Positions 20,951-29,800 of a stretch of DNA of 64,000 bases are shown in pieces. Every line of letters starts with the position of its first letter. Within the stretch, counting starts at the first letter, position 1. The notes beneath the pieces are model-generated. The model saw only the letters and a list, made by a program, of their open reading frames with translations, had not been told where the DNA came from and did not search any database. This DNA comes from Candidatus Saccharibacteria bacterium CPR2 (GTDB lineage Bacteria > Patescibacteriota > Saccharimonadia > Saccharimonadales > QWHN01), in assembly GCA_021404905.1 (NCBI GenBank), contig QWHN01000002.1:77582-141581 (forward strand). Direction: 5' to 3'. The position numbers were made by a program, and so were the translations under genes.

Positions 20951-22351
20951 ATGAACTGGAAAACAATTGGAAAGTCATTCAAAAACAAAGATATGCTCAA
21001 GCGTATATTTTTCGTTTTGCTGGCCATGGTTATTTATCGGGCTCTTTCGCATCTGCCAATTCCACTGGGAGGAACTACTGAGTTAAAACAGGTTCTGGAA
21101 AGTATCTTTAATCAACAACAATTGCTTGGTTTCATTAACTTGCTCTCAGGTGGCGCTTTGGCGAACTTTTCTATAGTGCTTATGGGTCTTGGGCCCTACA
21201 TTAACGCATCGATAATCATGCAGCTGCTTACTAAGGCTATCCCAAAACTGGAAGAAATGTCTGAAGAGGGTGAACACGGCAGACAGAAAATTAACCAATA
21301 CACCAGATACTTAACGTTGCCCCTTGCTATATTACAATCTGTAGGGTTTATATTACTTATTCGCCAAACTGCTCAAAGTGCTACCGGACTGGAAGATTTC
21401 CTGGCACATCCATCAATATTCCAATGGGTATTAATGGGAAGCGCCCTTACCGGAGGTTCTATGTTGCTTATGTGGATTGGTGAGCTTATGACAGAGCAAG
21501 GTGTGGGGAATGGTATATCCTTATTGATTTTTGCTGGTATCGCAAGCCAGTTATTCAGTACTGGAGCCGGTTTGGTCCAGTCAGTAGTTAGCAGTGAAAA
21601 AGGGTTTGAGGTTTTTGGATGGTTTGCTTTGCCCTTTGACCCTAGAACCGTGGCAATAGCTTTGGCGTTTATTTTAGGAGGTATCGGACTAACTTATTTT
21701 GTAGTAAAAATCAATGAAGCCCAACGAGTAATTACCGTAAGCTATGCAAAAAGGGTGCGCGGAAACAGAGCGTATGGCGGAGTGGAAACAATCTTGCCTA
21801 TAAAATTAATCGCCGCCGGAGTTATCCCCATAATTTTTGCCGTTGCATTTTTAGCGGTTCCCAGTTTTGTTGGACAACTAATGATCAGTTCCGGCAAAGA
21901 ATGGATGGTAGATATTGGCAATAAATTAGTAACTTGGTTTCAAACAAACAGATCCGCCGGCCTCCCAAGTAATAATTTCAATACTTATGGATACCCGGCT
22001 ATATATTTTTTGTTGGTAGTTATGTTCACATATTTCTATACCGGAATTGTGTTTAACGCAAAACAAATAGCCGAAAATCTCCAAAAACAAGGAGGATTTA
22101 TCGCCGGAATCAGACCGGGACCTCAAACCGAATCATATTTAAAAAAGGTTGTTATTCGACTGACACTTTTTGGATCAATCAGCCTAGGCATATTAGCCAT
22201 ACTCCCCTTGATAGTTGAGAGAGTACTAGGGACTCAACAATTAACTATTGGCGGCACAGGGGTATTGATTGTTGTTTCGGTCGCTCTTGAAACCCTCAGA
22301 CAGCTTGAATCTCGAGCTCTCATGATTACTTACGACTACGACAACGATTGA
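20951..22351 (+). CDS. secY: preprotein translocase subunit SecY
   Basis: Ten-TM profile. LLSGGALANFSIVLMGLGPYINASIIMQLL and MWIGELMTEQGVGNGISL. Confidence 0.97.
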   Translation: MNWKTIGKSFKNKDMLKRIFFVLLAMVIYRALSHLPIPLGGTTELKQVLESIFNQQQLLGFINLLSGGALANFSIVLMGLGPYINASIIMQLLTKAIPKLEEMSEEGEHGRQKINQYTRYLTLPLAILQSVGFILLIRQTAQSATGLEDFLAHPSIFQWVLMGSALTGGSMLLMWIGELMTEQGVGNGISLLIFAGIASQLFSTGAGLVQSVVSSEKGFEVFGWFALPFDPRTVAIALAFILGGIGLTYFVVKINEAQRVITVSYAKRVRGNRAYGGVETILPIKLIAAGVIPIIFAVAFLAVPSFVGQLMISSGKEWMVDIGNKLVTWFQTNRSAGLPSNNFNTYGYPAIYFLLVVMFTYFYTGIVFNAKQIAENLQKQGGFIAGIRPGPQTESYLKKVVIRLTLFGSISLGILAILPLIVERVLGTQQLTIGGTGVLIVVSVALETLRQLESRALMITYDYDND

Positions 22352-22431
22352 AAAATCCTGGCGATTTGGTAAAATTTACCATGAAAGCTTTATTATAAAA
22401 AGCCATTGTTTTGTTTAGGCGTAAAAAACTC

Positions 22432-22460
22432 TTTACAAACACCTTAGTTATAGATATAAT
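22432..22460 (+). promoter_or_regulatory. sigma70-type promoter for infA-rpmJ-rpsM...: TTTACA-17-TATAAT
   Basis: TTTACA at 22432-22437 and TATAAT at 22455-22460. The flanks (cTTTACAAAC ... TATAATCT) match the tuf promoter. Confidence 0.6.
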
Positions 22461-22475
22461 CTACCCTTGATATTT

Positions 22476-22694
22476 ATGACAACGTCAAAAGAAGTTATTG
22501 AGTTGACTGGCACGATTACTGAAACTTTGCCTAGTGCTAAGTTTCGTGTCAAGCTCGAAAACGGCCATGAGATAATCGCTCATGTGGCAGGAAAAATGCG
22601 TAAGCACTATATACGTATTGTTCCGGGAGATGAAGTTACCGTAGAACTCACTCCTTACGATTTAACTAAGGGAAGAATTACTTATCGGAAATAA
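22476..22694 (+). CDS. infA: translation initiation factor IF-1
   Basis: ORF 22467..22694 trimmed to ATG 22476. 72 aa, S1-like: [43 protein letters not shown]. Confidence 0.96.
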   Translation: MTTSKEVIELTGTITETLPSAKFRVKLENGHEIIAHVAGKMRKHYIRIVPGDEVTVELTPYDLTKGRITYRK

Positions 22695-22695
22695 T

Positions 22696-22812
22696 ATGAA
22701 AGTACAAGCCAGCGTAAAAAAAATTTCTCCCGATGATAAGATAGTCCGCCGCAAAGGCAGGTTATATGTTATTAACAAGAAAAAACCAAAGCACAAGCAG
22801 AGACAAGGGTAA
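22696..22812 (+). CDS. rpmJ: 50S ribosomal protein L36, cysteine-free (C-) form
   Basis: Not in the ORF track (38 aa). [38 protein letters not shown] aligns to L36, with the zinc-ligand Cys positions replaced by S/D/N. Confidence 0.9.
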   Translation: MKVQASVKKISPDDKIVRRKGRLYVINKKKPKHKQRQG

Positions 22813-22824
22813 AACGAGGTATTT

Positions 22825-23211
22825 ATGGCGAGAATTGCAGGAGTAACTGTTCCTACTACTAAACGTGTCGAAGTAGCGCTTACTTACATTTACGGTATAG
22901 GCCCATCCAGAAGCAAACAAATTCTAGAAACAGTTAACGTTGATCTCAATACACGAGTTAAGGACTTAACCGAATCCGAACTTACAAGGATAAGAGATGA
23001 AATCAACCAGAATTACACTGTAGAGGGCGAATTACAACGATTGGTCACTACCAACATAAAACGCCTTAAGGATATTGGTTCTTACAGAGGACTCCGCCAT
23101 AAAGTTAATTTGCCAAGCCGTGGTCAGAGAACCAGGACAAATGCTAGAACACGCCGCGGCAAAAAAATAACCGTCGGAGGAACTAAGAAAAAGGCACCAG
23201 CAAAGACATAA
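22825..23211 (+). CDS. rpsM: 30S ribosomal protein S13
   Basis: [26 protein letters not shown]...[24 protein letters not shown]. Confidence 0.98.
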   Translation: MARIAGVTVPTTKRVEVALTYIYGIGPSRSKQILETVNVDLNTRVKDLTESELTRIRDEINQNYTVEGELQRLVTTNIKRLKDIGSYRGLRHKVNLPSRGQRTRTNARTRRGKKITVGGTKKKAPAKT

Positions 23212-23214
23212 TAT

Positions 23215-23622
23215 ATGAACGATACATTAGTTAAACCAACCAGAACCACGAAGAAGAAAAAGCAAAAGAAAAGTATCCCCGCAGGAAGAATGTATATTCA
23301 AGCAACCTTTAACAACACAATAGTTACTTTTACTGACAAAAACGGCAATGTTTTGACAGCATCAAGTTCAGGTGCCTGTGGTTTTAGAGGTTCAAAAAAA
23401 GGCACGGCATACGCTGCTCAGGTAGCTGCTGAAAAGGCCGGATCTGAAGTTAGCAGCCAATACGGACTAAAAAAAGTTGACGTGTTCGTCAGTGGAATCG
23501 GCTTGGGAAGAGACGCGGCTGTCAGAGCGCTTGGAAGTGTTAATATTTCTGTTGATTCAATTAAAGATACAACAGGTGTACCGCATGGCGGTTGCAGGCC
23601 AAGGAAAGCACGAAGAGTCTAA
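23215..23622 (+). CDS. rpsK: 30S ribosomal protein S11
   Basis: IQATFNNTIVTFTDKNGNVLTASSSGACGFRGSKKGT...TGVPHGGCRPRKARRV. Confidence 0.98.
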   Translation: MNDTLVKPTRTTKKKKQKKSIPAGRMYIQATFNNTIVTFTDKNGNVLTASSSGACGFRGSKKGTAYAAQVAAEKAGSEVSSQYGLKKVDVFVSGIGLGRDAAVRALGSVNISVDSIKDTTGVPHGGCRPRKARRV

Positions 23623-23638
23623 GCTTAAAGGATAAAAA

Positions 23639-24256
23639 ATGGCAAGAAACATAGCCCCAATCACAAAACAAAGTCGACGCGAAGGGTATGCGCTTCACCC
23701 TAAGGCCTATAAGATAATGGTTAAAAGAACGGGAATTCCAGGCCAACATTCCGGATCCAGACAATCAAAACCCAGCCAATATGCCCTACAGCTCCGTGAG
23801 AAACAAAAAGTAAAAAGACTTTACGGACTATTGGAAAAGCAGTTTGTTAAGCTGGTAAAAGAGGCCAGTAAATCAACTGGACAAACTGGCGAGTTACTGT
23901 TAATGTACCTTGAAAGACGTTTAGATAATGTTATTTACAGATCAGGGCTAGCACCTAGTCGCCAGGCAGCTCGTCAATTAGTAACTCACGGCCACTTTCT
24001 ACTTAATGGCAGAAGAGTCGACATACCGTCTATAAGAGTAAATAGTGGAGACGTTATTAATTTACGACCAAAAAGTTTAAAGAATAAATATTTCGCAAAT
24101 ATTAACGACTTAAGCCCGGGCACTGATAAAACAAGTAGTAGCTGGCTAAAGTGCGATCGTAAAAAATTTGAGATTAAAATAACCGGTTCACCTAAGAGAG
24201 AAGAGGCAGAACCAGATATAAACGAACAACTAATTGTCGAGTATTACTCGCGCTAA
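23639..24256 (+). CDS. rpsD: 30S ribosomal protein S4
   Basis: YALQLREKQKVKRLYGLLEKQF...RLDNVIYRSGLAPSRQAARQLVTHGHFLLNGRRVDIPS (S4 domain). Confidence 0.97.
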   Translation: MARNIAPITKQSRREGYALHPKAYKIMVKRTGIPGQHSGSRQSKPSQYALQLREKQKVKRLYGLLEKQFVKLVKEASKSTGQTGELLLMYLERRLDNVIYRSGLAPSRQAARQLVTHGHFLLNGRRVDIPSIRVNSGDVINLRPKSLKNKYFANINDLSPGTDKTSSSWLKCDRKKFEIKITGSPKREEAEPDINEQLIVEYYSR

Positions 24257-24272
24257 TAATAGGAGACTAGCA

Positions 24273-25199
24273 GTGTCTAAAACAATCCACACGCCAACAC
24301 TTTCTAATATAGATCAGCACAATAAGAATAGTGCAACATTTACAATCGAGCCCTTGCACAAAGGCTACGGTATGACTCTAGGCAACTCCTTACGCAGAGT
24401 TTTACTGTCAAGTATCGCAGGAGGAGCTGTAACGGCTTTCAAAGTCGAAGGCGCAACTCACGAATTTACAACAGTTCCAGGGGTCAAAGAAGATGTGGTT
24501 GATATTATGCTTAATCTTAAGAAAATTAGAATGAAAATTTTTTCTGATGAACCTCAAACCCTCAGAATCGAGAAAAAAGGCTCAGGAGTAGTTAAGGCAG
24601 GCGATATCAAAACAAGCTCAGATGTAGAAATTGTTAACAAGGATCAGCCAATAGCTACAATTGACGGAAAAGGACAGTTTGTAGCAGATTTATTGGTTGA
24701 AGCTGGGCGTGGTTACCGCACCGTTGAAGAAATGCAGGCTAAGCGCAAGCCATCCGATATGATAGCTGTTGACGCGCTTTTCAGCCCGGTTTTTAGAGTT
24801 CGATACCGCGTTGAAGATACTCGTGTTGGCCAAATTACTGACCTGGACAAACTGATTATAACTGTTGATACTGACGGCAGTATTTCACCGCAGGATGCAA
24901 TGGAAGAAGCTTCGGCAATTTTAGTCAACCAATATACAGCGCTCGCAGGAAAAACTAAAGTTGAATCTGCCCCGCCAGTCAGCAATAATGACGAAACTAT
25001 AGACGAACCTTCCGAACTGCTAACACCCATTGAAGATTTAAACCTCTCAGCACGAACAACAAACGCCTTGCTGAACAACGACATAAAAACAATCCGGGAT
25101 TTAGTAACGCTCAGTGATGTTGAGTTAAGAGATCTTAAGGGCTTTGGTTCAAAAGCACTTGATGAAGTTCGAGATAAACTCGCAGAGATGGAATTATAG
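24273..25199 (+). CDS. rpoA: DNA-directed RNA polymerase subunit alpha
   Basis: ORF 24234..25199 trimmed to GTG 24273 (AGGAG at 24261-24265). GYGMTLGNSLRRVLLSSIAGGAVT and the C-terminal domain LNLSARTTNALLNNDIKTIRDL. Confidence 0.95.
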   Translation: MSKTIHTPTLSNIDQHNKNSATFTIEPLHKGYGMTLGNSLRRVLLSSIAGGAVTAFKVEGATHEFTTVPGVKEDVVDIMLNLKKIRMKIFSDEPQTLRIEKKGSGVVKAGDIKTSSDVEIVNKDQPIATIDGKGQFVADLLVEAGRGYRTVEEMQAKRKPSDMIAVDALFSPVFRVRYRVEDTRVGQITDLDKLIITVDTDGSISPQDAMEEASAILVNQYTALAGKTKVESAPPVSNNDETIDEPSELLTPIEDLNLSARTTNALLNNDIKTIRDLVTLSDVELRDLKGFGSKALDEVRDKLAEMEL

Positions 25200-25217
25200 T
25201 CAAATCAGGAAGTTATA

Positions 25218-25694
25218 ATGCACAGACACGGATATAAAGGTCGAAAATTTGGACGTGAGCGGGATCAAAGACGCGCTCTTATTAAGGGTTTAGCCAGCTC
25301 GCTAATAGAACATGGTTCAATAACCACTACCAAGGCAAAAGCTAAAGAAATCCGACCTTACACCGAAAAACTTATTACAAAAGCAAAAAAAGGCGGCTTA
25401 GCTAACCAACGCTCAGTAATGAGTTCTCTAAGTTCACCAAAAGCTGTAAATAGACTCATTAACGAGGTAGTACCTTCTACGCAAAACCGAAATTCCGGTT
25501 ATCTAAGAATTAGTGACGCCGGATTAAGACGGGGAGACGGAGCAGAAATGGCAAAAATATCTTTTGTTGACTCTATTGAAGTTCCTAAAGTTGAGGGTAA
25601 AAAGACACTTAAAAAATCTGAGCAAAAATCACCAGCCAAAAAAACTGTTAAGAAGCCCGCCAAATCCGAAAAAAAGAAAGAGAAGGTGAAATAA
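25218..25694 (+). CDS. rplQ: 50S ribosomal protein L17 (Lys-rich C-terminal extension)
   Basis: MHRHGYKGRKFGRERDQRRALIKGLASSLIEHGSITTTKAKAKEIRPYTEKLIT. The tail is KKSEQKSPAKKTVKKPAKSEKKKEKVK. Confidence 0.96.
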   Translation: MHRHGYKGRKFGRERDQRRALIKGLASSLIEHGSITTTKAKAKEIRPYTEKLITKAKKGGLANQRSVMSSLSSPKAVNRLINEVVPSTQNRNSGYLRISDAGLRRGDGAEMAKISFVDSIEVPKVEGKKTLKKSEQKSPAKKTVKKPAKSEKKKEKVK

Positions 25695-25695
25695 A

Positions 25696-26211
25696 ATGAC
25701 ACCAGCCGCTAAAAAAAGTAAAAGCCCAGAGCAATCAGATAAGTCAATTGTTAGAAAAACTTATAGTGTAAGACCATCTGAAGTTGTTCGACAGTGGCAT
25801 CTTGTAAATGCTGCTGATGTACCTTTAGGTAGGCTCTCAACAGAAATAGCCAAACTTCTAACCGGCAAGCACAAACCTCAATTTAGCCCTCATATAGATT
25901 GTGGCGACCACGTCATTGTTATTAACTCGAGTAAGGTCGGAATCACAGGCAAGAAAGCGTCTCAAAAAGTTTATTATAGACACAGCCAATATCCCGGAAG
26001 CATTAAGGCAACCAAGCTCGAATATCAATTGGACACAAATCCTGATAAAGTTATACTTCAAGCCGTGCGCGGTATGCTTCCAAAAAATAAACTTCAGCCA
26101 GAAAGATTAAAGCGTCTAAAAGTTTACAGCGACGAAAATCACGCTCACCAGGCACAACAGCCCACTGAGCATAAGATTCAACTTAAGAAAGCAGCTAAAC
26201 TGGAGCGATAA
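25696..26211 (+). CDS. rplM: 50S ribosomal protein L13 (N- and C-terminal extensions)
   Basis: WHLVNAADVPLGRLSTEIAKLLTGKHKPQFSPHIDCGDHVIVINS...VRGMLPKN. Confidence 0.96.
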   Translation: MTPAAKKSKSPEQSDKSIVRKTYSVRPSEVVRQWHLVNAADVPLGRLSTEIAKLLTGKHKPQFSPHIDCGDHVIVINSSKVGITGKKASQKVYYRHSQYPGSIKATKLEYQLDTNPDKVILQAVRGMLPKNKLQPERLKRLKVYSDENHAHQAQQPTEHKIQLKKAAKLER

Positions 26212-26213
26212 AT

Positions 26214-26621
26214 ATGACGGTGAATCCCAAGAAAAATTACTATTACGGTCTGGGCAGAAGAAAATCTGCAACAGCACGAGCTAGATTGTTTAAGGGAAAG
26301 GGTAAAATTGAGATTAATAGCATTGACGCGCCTCAATTTGTTGATGGAAACGAAAGTTTACTCTGGCAATTGTCTCGCCCTCTTCAAACCGTTTCGAAAA
26401 ACAACGAATTCGACATTACTATCAAAGTAAGCGGCGGCGGAGTACACGGCCAAATTGGCGCTTGTCAATTAGCTATTAGCAACGCACTCGCAAGTATGAG
26501 CGATGATCTTCGCACTACGCTAAAGAAAGCAGGTTACCTAAAGCGTGATCCCAGAGAAAAAGAAAGAAAGAAATATGGTCTCAAGCGCGCACGCAAGAAA
26601 GAACAATTTTCAAAACGTTAA
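26214..26621 (+). CDS. rpsI: 30S ribosomal protein S9
   Basis: YYGLGRRKSATARARLFKGKGKIEIN...RDPREKERKKYGLKRARKKEQFSKR. Confidence 0.97.
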   Translation: MTVNPKKNYYYGLGRRKSATARARLFKGKGKIEINSIDAPQFVDGNESLLWQLSRPLQTVSKNNEFDITIKVSGGGVHGQIGACQLAISNALASMSDDLRTTLKKAGYLKRDPREKERKKYGLKRARKKEQFSKR

Positions 26622-26632
26622 ACCGCGGCAAA

Positions 26633-26660
26633 AAAGCCTTCTTCAAAAGAGGGCTTTTTT
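26633..26660 (+). terminator. rho-independent terminator after rpsI
   Basis: Stem GCCTTCT/AGAGGGC (one G-U pair) with A-tract and T-tract flanks (aaaGCCTTCTtcaaaAGAGGGCtttttt). Confidence 0.7.
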
Positions 26661-26661
26661 G

Positions 26662-26690
26662 TTGACAACACGAGATATTAAGTCTATATT
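26662..26690 (+). promoter_or_regulatory. promoter TTGACA-17-TATATT driving a short leader/sRNA
   Basis: TTGACA at 26662-26667 and TATATT at 26685-26690, immediately after the rpsI terminator. Confidence 0.55.
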
Positions 26691-26791
26691 GGTGCATTAT
26701 GTCAATTAGTAATGCAAATATATATTTTTGGTTTAACCGCTATTTTAGTGGCAGCTAGAGCCTATTTGCTAAATTTTTACTAATGGATTGG

Positions 26792-26815
26792 CCGCCGCTA
26801 AAAGGCGGTTTTTTT
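26792..26815 (+). terminator. terminator/attenuator hairpin CCGCC-gctaaaa-GGCGG plus T7
   Basis: 5-bp GC stem at 26792-26796 / 26804-26808 followed by TTTTTTT (26809-26815). It lies about 120 nt downstream of the 26662 promoter and 8 nt before the AAAGGAG SD of the next ORF. Confidence 0.55.
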
Positions 26816-26837
26816 AATTTGTAAAGGAGTTTAAAAA

Positions 26838-27038
26838 ATGATGGAGTCAAAAATAAGTGAAGCAGATGCGCGAGATTTGTTAAGAGAGCGCGGAGTGATA
26901 GTGGACATATGCGATAGTAGAAGCTACGAAGAGATCGCATCTTCCTTGGGGTTGGTGAGTATCGGCAACACAATTTCTACCGATGTAGACCAAAACGATG
27001 GTAATATTGATATAGTTGAGGCGAATGATGCAGACTAA
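26838..27038 (+). CDS. small acidic hypothetical protein (66 aa)
   Basis: Strong SD AAAGGAG at 26823-26829. Its end overlaps the trpS start by 11 nt. No family recognised. Confidence 0.5.
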   Translation: MMESKISEADARDLLRERGVIVDICDSRSYEEIASSLGLVSIGNTISTDVDQNDGNIDIVEANDAD

Positions 27039-28059
27039 AGAAGTAATTTTAACTGGACTGAGAGCTAACAACGACCTACATCTAGGTAACTACCTAGGTG
27101 CTCTTCTTCCAATTGTCAAAATGCAGAAAAAATATGCTGGTGAATTTCAAATTAATTTGTTCGTTCCAGACCTGCATAGTTTTACGACACCCATTGACCA
27201 CACAAAACTATATGAACAAACCATGCATAATTTAAAGCTTTATGTAGCATCCGGTCTTGATCTAAATAACAATGATACTTTTTTGTACAGACAAAGTTTT
27301 ATCCCCGCGCACAGCGAATTGACTGTAATACTAAATAACTTTTCTTACATGGGCGAACTTAGCCGAATGACACAGTTTAAAGAGAAAAAGACAAATCAAG
27401 AGAATGTAAGCGCTGGATTATTTGATTATCCCGTATTAATGGCTGCGGATATTCTTCTTTATGGGGCAAAATATGTGCCTGTTGGCGATGATCAGACTCA
27501 ACACGTCGAGCTTGCGCGCGATATCGGCATTAGATTCAACAACAAATTTGGCAAAGAAATATTTAAAGTCCCCGAAGACGAGAAAACACAGCTGGCTTTT
27601 ACTCACGAGCAGCAACGCCCCAGAATTAAAGACCTGCTAAGGCCTGAAAAGAAAATGAGTAAGTCTGACGCATCAGGCAAAGGCGTTATTTTTCTTGGTG
27701 ATACACCGGAAGTAGCAACAAAAAAAATAATGTCCTCAACCACCGATAGCGTTGGCAAAATTAATTACGATCAAAAAAACCAGCCCGGAATTAGCAATTT
27801 AATTGACATTTATTCCTTATTATCAGGTATTCCCGTTAGTGAGATCGTTGATAAATATAAAGCCGAAACCAGCTACAACACCTTTAAAACTGAAGTAGCA
27901 AGGAATGTCTCAAACTTTTTAGCCGATTTTCAGAAAAATCTAAACGCAGTCGATCAAGACTCGCTAAATAAGAAATTAGCTGAATCTGAAAAAGCCATGA
28001 ATGAAGTTGCAAATTCTAAACTACACGAAGTGCAAAAAGCAGTCGGACTGAGAGGTTGA
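27028..28059 (+). CDS. trpS: tryptophan--tRNA ligase
   Basis: ORF 27016..28059 with the start at ATG 27028 (GAGG 6 nt upstream). Class I motifs: HLGNYLGA, GELSRMTQFKEK, PVLMAADILLY and KMSKSD. Confidence 0.95.
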   Translation: MQTKEVILTGLRANNDLHLGNYLGALLPIVKMQKKYAGEFQINLFVPDLHSFTTPIDHTKLYEQTMHNLKLYVASGLDLNNNDTFLYRQSFIPAHSELTVILNNFSYMGELSRMTQFKEKKTNQENVSAGLFDYPVLMAADILLYGAKYVPVGDDQTQHVELARDIGIRFNNKFGKEIFKVPEDEKTQLAFTHEQQRPRIKDLLRPEKKMSKSDASGKGVIFLGDTPEVATKKIMSSTTDSVGKINYDQKNQPGISNLIDIYSLLSGIPVSEIVDKYKAETSYNTFKTEVARNVSNFLADFQKNLNAVDQDSLNKKLAESEKAMNEVANSKLHEVQKAVGLRG

Positions 28060-28934
28060 TGAAAAATATTATTTATTCGCCCGATAGCGAAGAGTTTTCC
28101 ATTCGGCTAGACCAATTTTTAGCCAAATCGGTTCCGAACCACAGTCGTTCTTACTGGCAAAAGCTGTGTGACAGGAGGCAAGTTTTAGTTAATGACAAAG
28201 TGAGCCCTGGCAATAAAAAGCTAACTTCGGGAGATAGAATCACCATTCATTTGCCGAAAGTAAAAATAGAACCGGTTGAAGTCCCGATAATTTATGAAGA
28301 TGAAAATGTAATAGTTTTTAATAAACCAAGCGGTATTTTAACGCACTCTAAGGGGTCGTTTAATGAGGAATTTACAGTTGCGGACCGTATGAAGCCGATC
28401 GTGAATGACGACGACACAAACAGGCCAGGCATAGTTCACCGACTTGATAGAGACACATCTGGAGTTATTATTTGCGCCAAAAATCAGGAAACTAAAAAAT
28501 ATTTACAAAAGCAATTTTCTTCAAGAAAAGTGTTCAAGGAGTATGTCGCTTTGGCGCAAGGTAGACTTGAACACAGAAAGGGCAGTATAAAATGGCCGAT
28601 CGAGAGAAACCCCAAGAAGCCTCAAACCTTCAGAGTTGGAATGAATGGTAAAAATGCCGAGACACAATATGAATTAATTAGCACGTCTAGCGATGGCAAT
28701 ATTTCTTTTATCAAGTTGACTCCAAAAACAGGCAGAACACACCAACTCAGAGTTCATTTGGCCCATCTTGGACACCCGATTATCGGAGATAGGGTTTACG
28801 CAAAAAATCAAAAAGAACCCAGGCTTTTTCTCCATGCAAGCAAGCTCAGTATTAATATCACAGGGTCTGGGGATAAAACTTTTGAAGCGAAAATTCCGCC
28901 AGATTTTAAAAAGAGATTAAAAGATGAACTTTGA
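28059..28934 (+). CDS. rluD: RluA-family pseudouridine synthase (RluD-like, N-terminal S4 domain)
   Basis: RLDQFLAK (S4-like), GIVHRLDRDTSGVIICAKN catalytic motif, TGRTHQLRVHLAHLGHPIIGD. Overlaps the trpS stop. Confidence 0.85.
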   Translation: MKNIIYSPDSEEFSIRLDQFLAKSVPNHSRSYWQKLCDRRQVLVNDKVSPGNKKLTSGDRITIHLPKVKIEPVEVPIIYEDENVIVFNKPSGILTHSKGSFNEEFTVADRMKPIVNDDDTNRPGIVHRLDRDTSGVIICAKNQETKKYLQKQFSSRKVFKEYVALAQGRLEHRKGSIKWPIERNPKKPQTFRVGMNGKNAETQYELISTSSDGNISFIKLTPKTGRTHQLRVHLAHLGHPIIGDRVYAKNQKEPRLFLHASKLSINITGSGDKTFEAKIPPDFKKRLKDEL

Positions 28935-29775
28935 CATACCCGTACACTCCTCGACAAAATCAGCGTCTGAGAATTTTATATCCAACCCTTCTCACGCGTT
29001 AATAATTTCAGGCCCTGAAGGGTATGGAGCACAAGAGCTAGGGTTTTTCATAGCAAACTCGATTGCTGGCAGTGAATCAAGCATTATTCCCATCCTCCCC
29101 AACGAAAAACAAATTATAACTCTAGAGACAATTCATGATTTAATAAGCTCCAGCAGATATAAGAATATCCAGGAATTTGGAAAATATTCTCGCATTTTTA
29201 TCATATGCACCGCCGAATCTATGACGAGTGAAGCCCAAAACGCATTCTTAAAACTGCTGGAAGAGCCTCCCTTGGGCACAATGTTTATTCTTGTGAGTCA
29301 TAACAAACAAAAGCTGCTGGAGACCATCACTTCTCGCGCTCAAGTTATTCACACACACCCAATCACAAAAAGCCAGGCAATGGAACACCTGACTTCAAAT
29401 CTAGGATATACAAACGATGAAGCCAATAATATTTATCTAGCCTTGGGCGGAAAAGTTGCTACCCTGGAACATAAAAATAAAGAACTCGATATATTCAAAA
29501 ATCTGCAGGAAGCAAAACGCATAATCTCTTTGCCTGTTTTCAAGAGACTGATAGCCGTAAAAAATCTTTCCAGCAACCGCGAACAAGCGATTAATCTTGT
29601 CAGTGATATCAGTGCAATAACTAAAATTGCCCTTGAAAAAACAGCTCTTGGCAACAACGCTAATTCGACTCTGCACTGGATTGACAGATCCGAAATAGTT
29701 GAAAAGACTTTATCAAACTTAAATTCAAATGGTAATGTTAGATTAAGCCTTGATTATTTGTTAATCAATTATTGA
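28924..29775 (+). CDS. holB: DNA polymerase III delta' subunit-like clamp-loader protein
   Basis: AQNAFLKLLEEPPLGTMFILVSHNKQKLLETITSRAQV is sensor/SRC-type. The Walker A is degenerate. Confidence 0.75.
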   Translation: MNFDIPVHSSTKSASENFISNPSHALIISGPEGYGAQELGFFIANSIAGSESSIIPILPNEKQIITLETIHDLISSSRYKNIQEFGKYSRIFIICTAESMTSEAQNAFLKLLEEPPLGTMFILVSHNKQKLLETITSRAQVIHTHPITKSQAMEHLTSNLGYTNDEANNIYLALGGKVATLEHKNKELDIFKNLQEAKRIISLPVFKRLIAVKNLSSNREQAINLVSDISAITKIALEKTALGNNANSTLHWIDRSEIVEKTLSNLNSNGNVRLSLDYLLINY

Positions 29776-29785
29776 TTAGTATTTT

Positions 29786-29794
29786 TGCTATAAT
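29786..29794 (+). promoter_or_regulatory. extended -10 promoter TGcTATAAT, 6 nt before ATG (leaderless geometry)
   Basis: TG at 29786-29787 and TATAAT at 29789-29794, with the ATG at 29801 and no SD between them. Confidence 0.5.
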
Positions 29795-29800
29795 TAACTT

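Noticed and set aside
26691-26816. T-box riboswitch or TRAP-binding leader for trpS.
   Set aside because: I could not find the conserved T-box sequence/antiterminator bulge arrangement, a Stem I of adequate length, or a series of 9-11 spaced (G/U)AG triplets. It is kept only as a generic attenuator/sRNA candidate.
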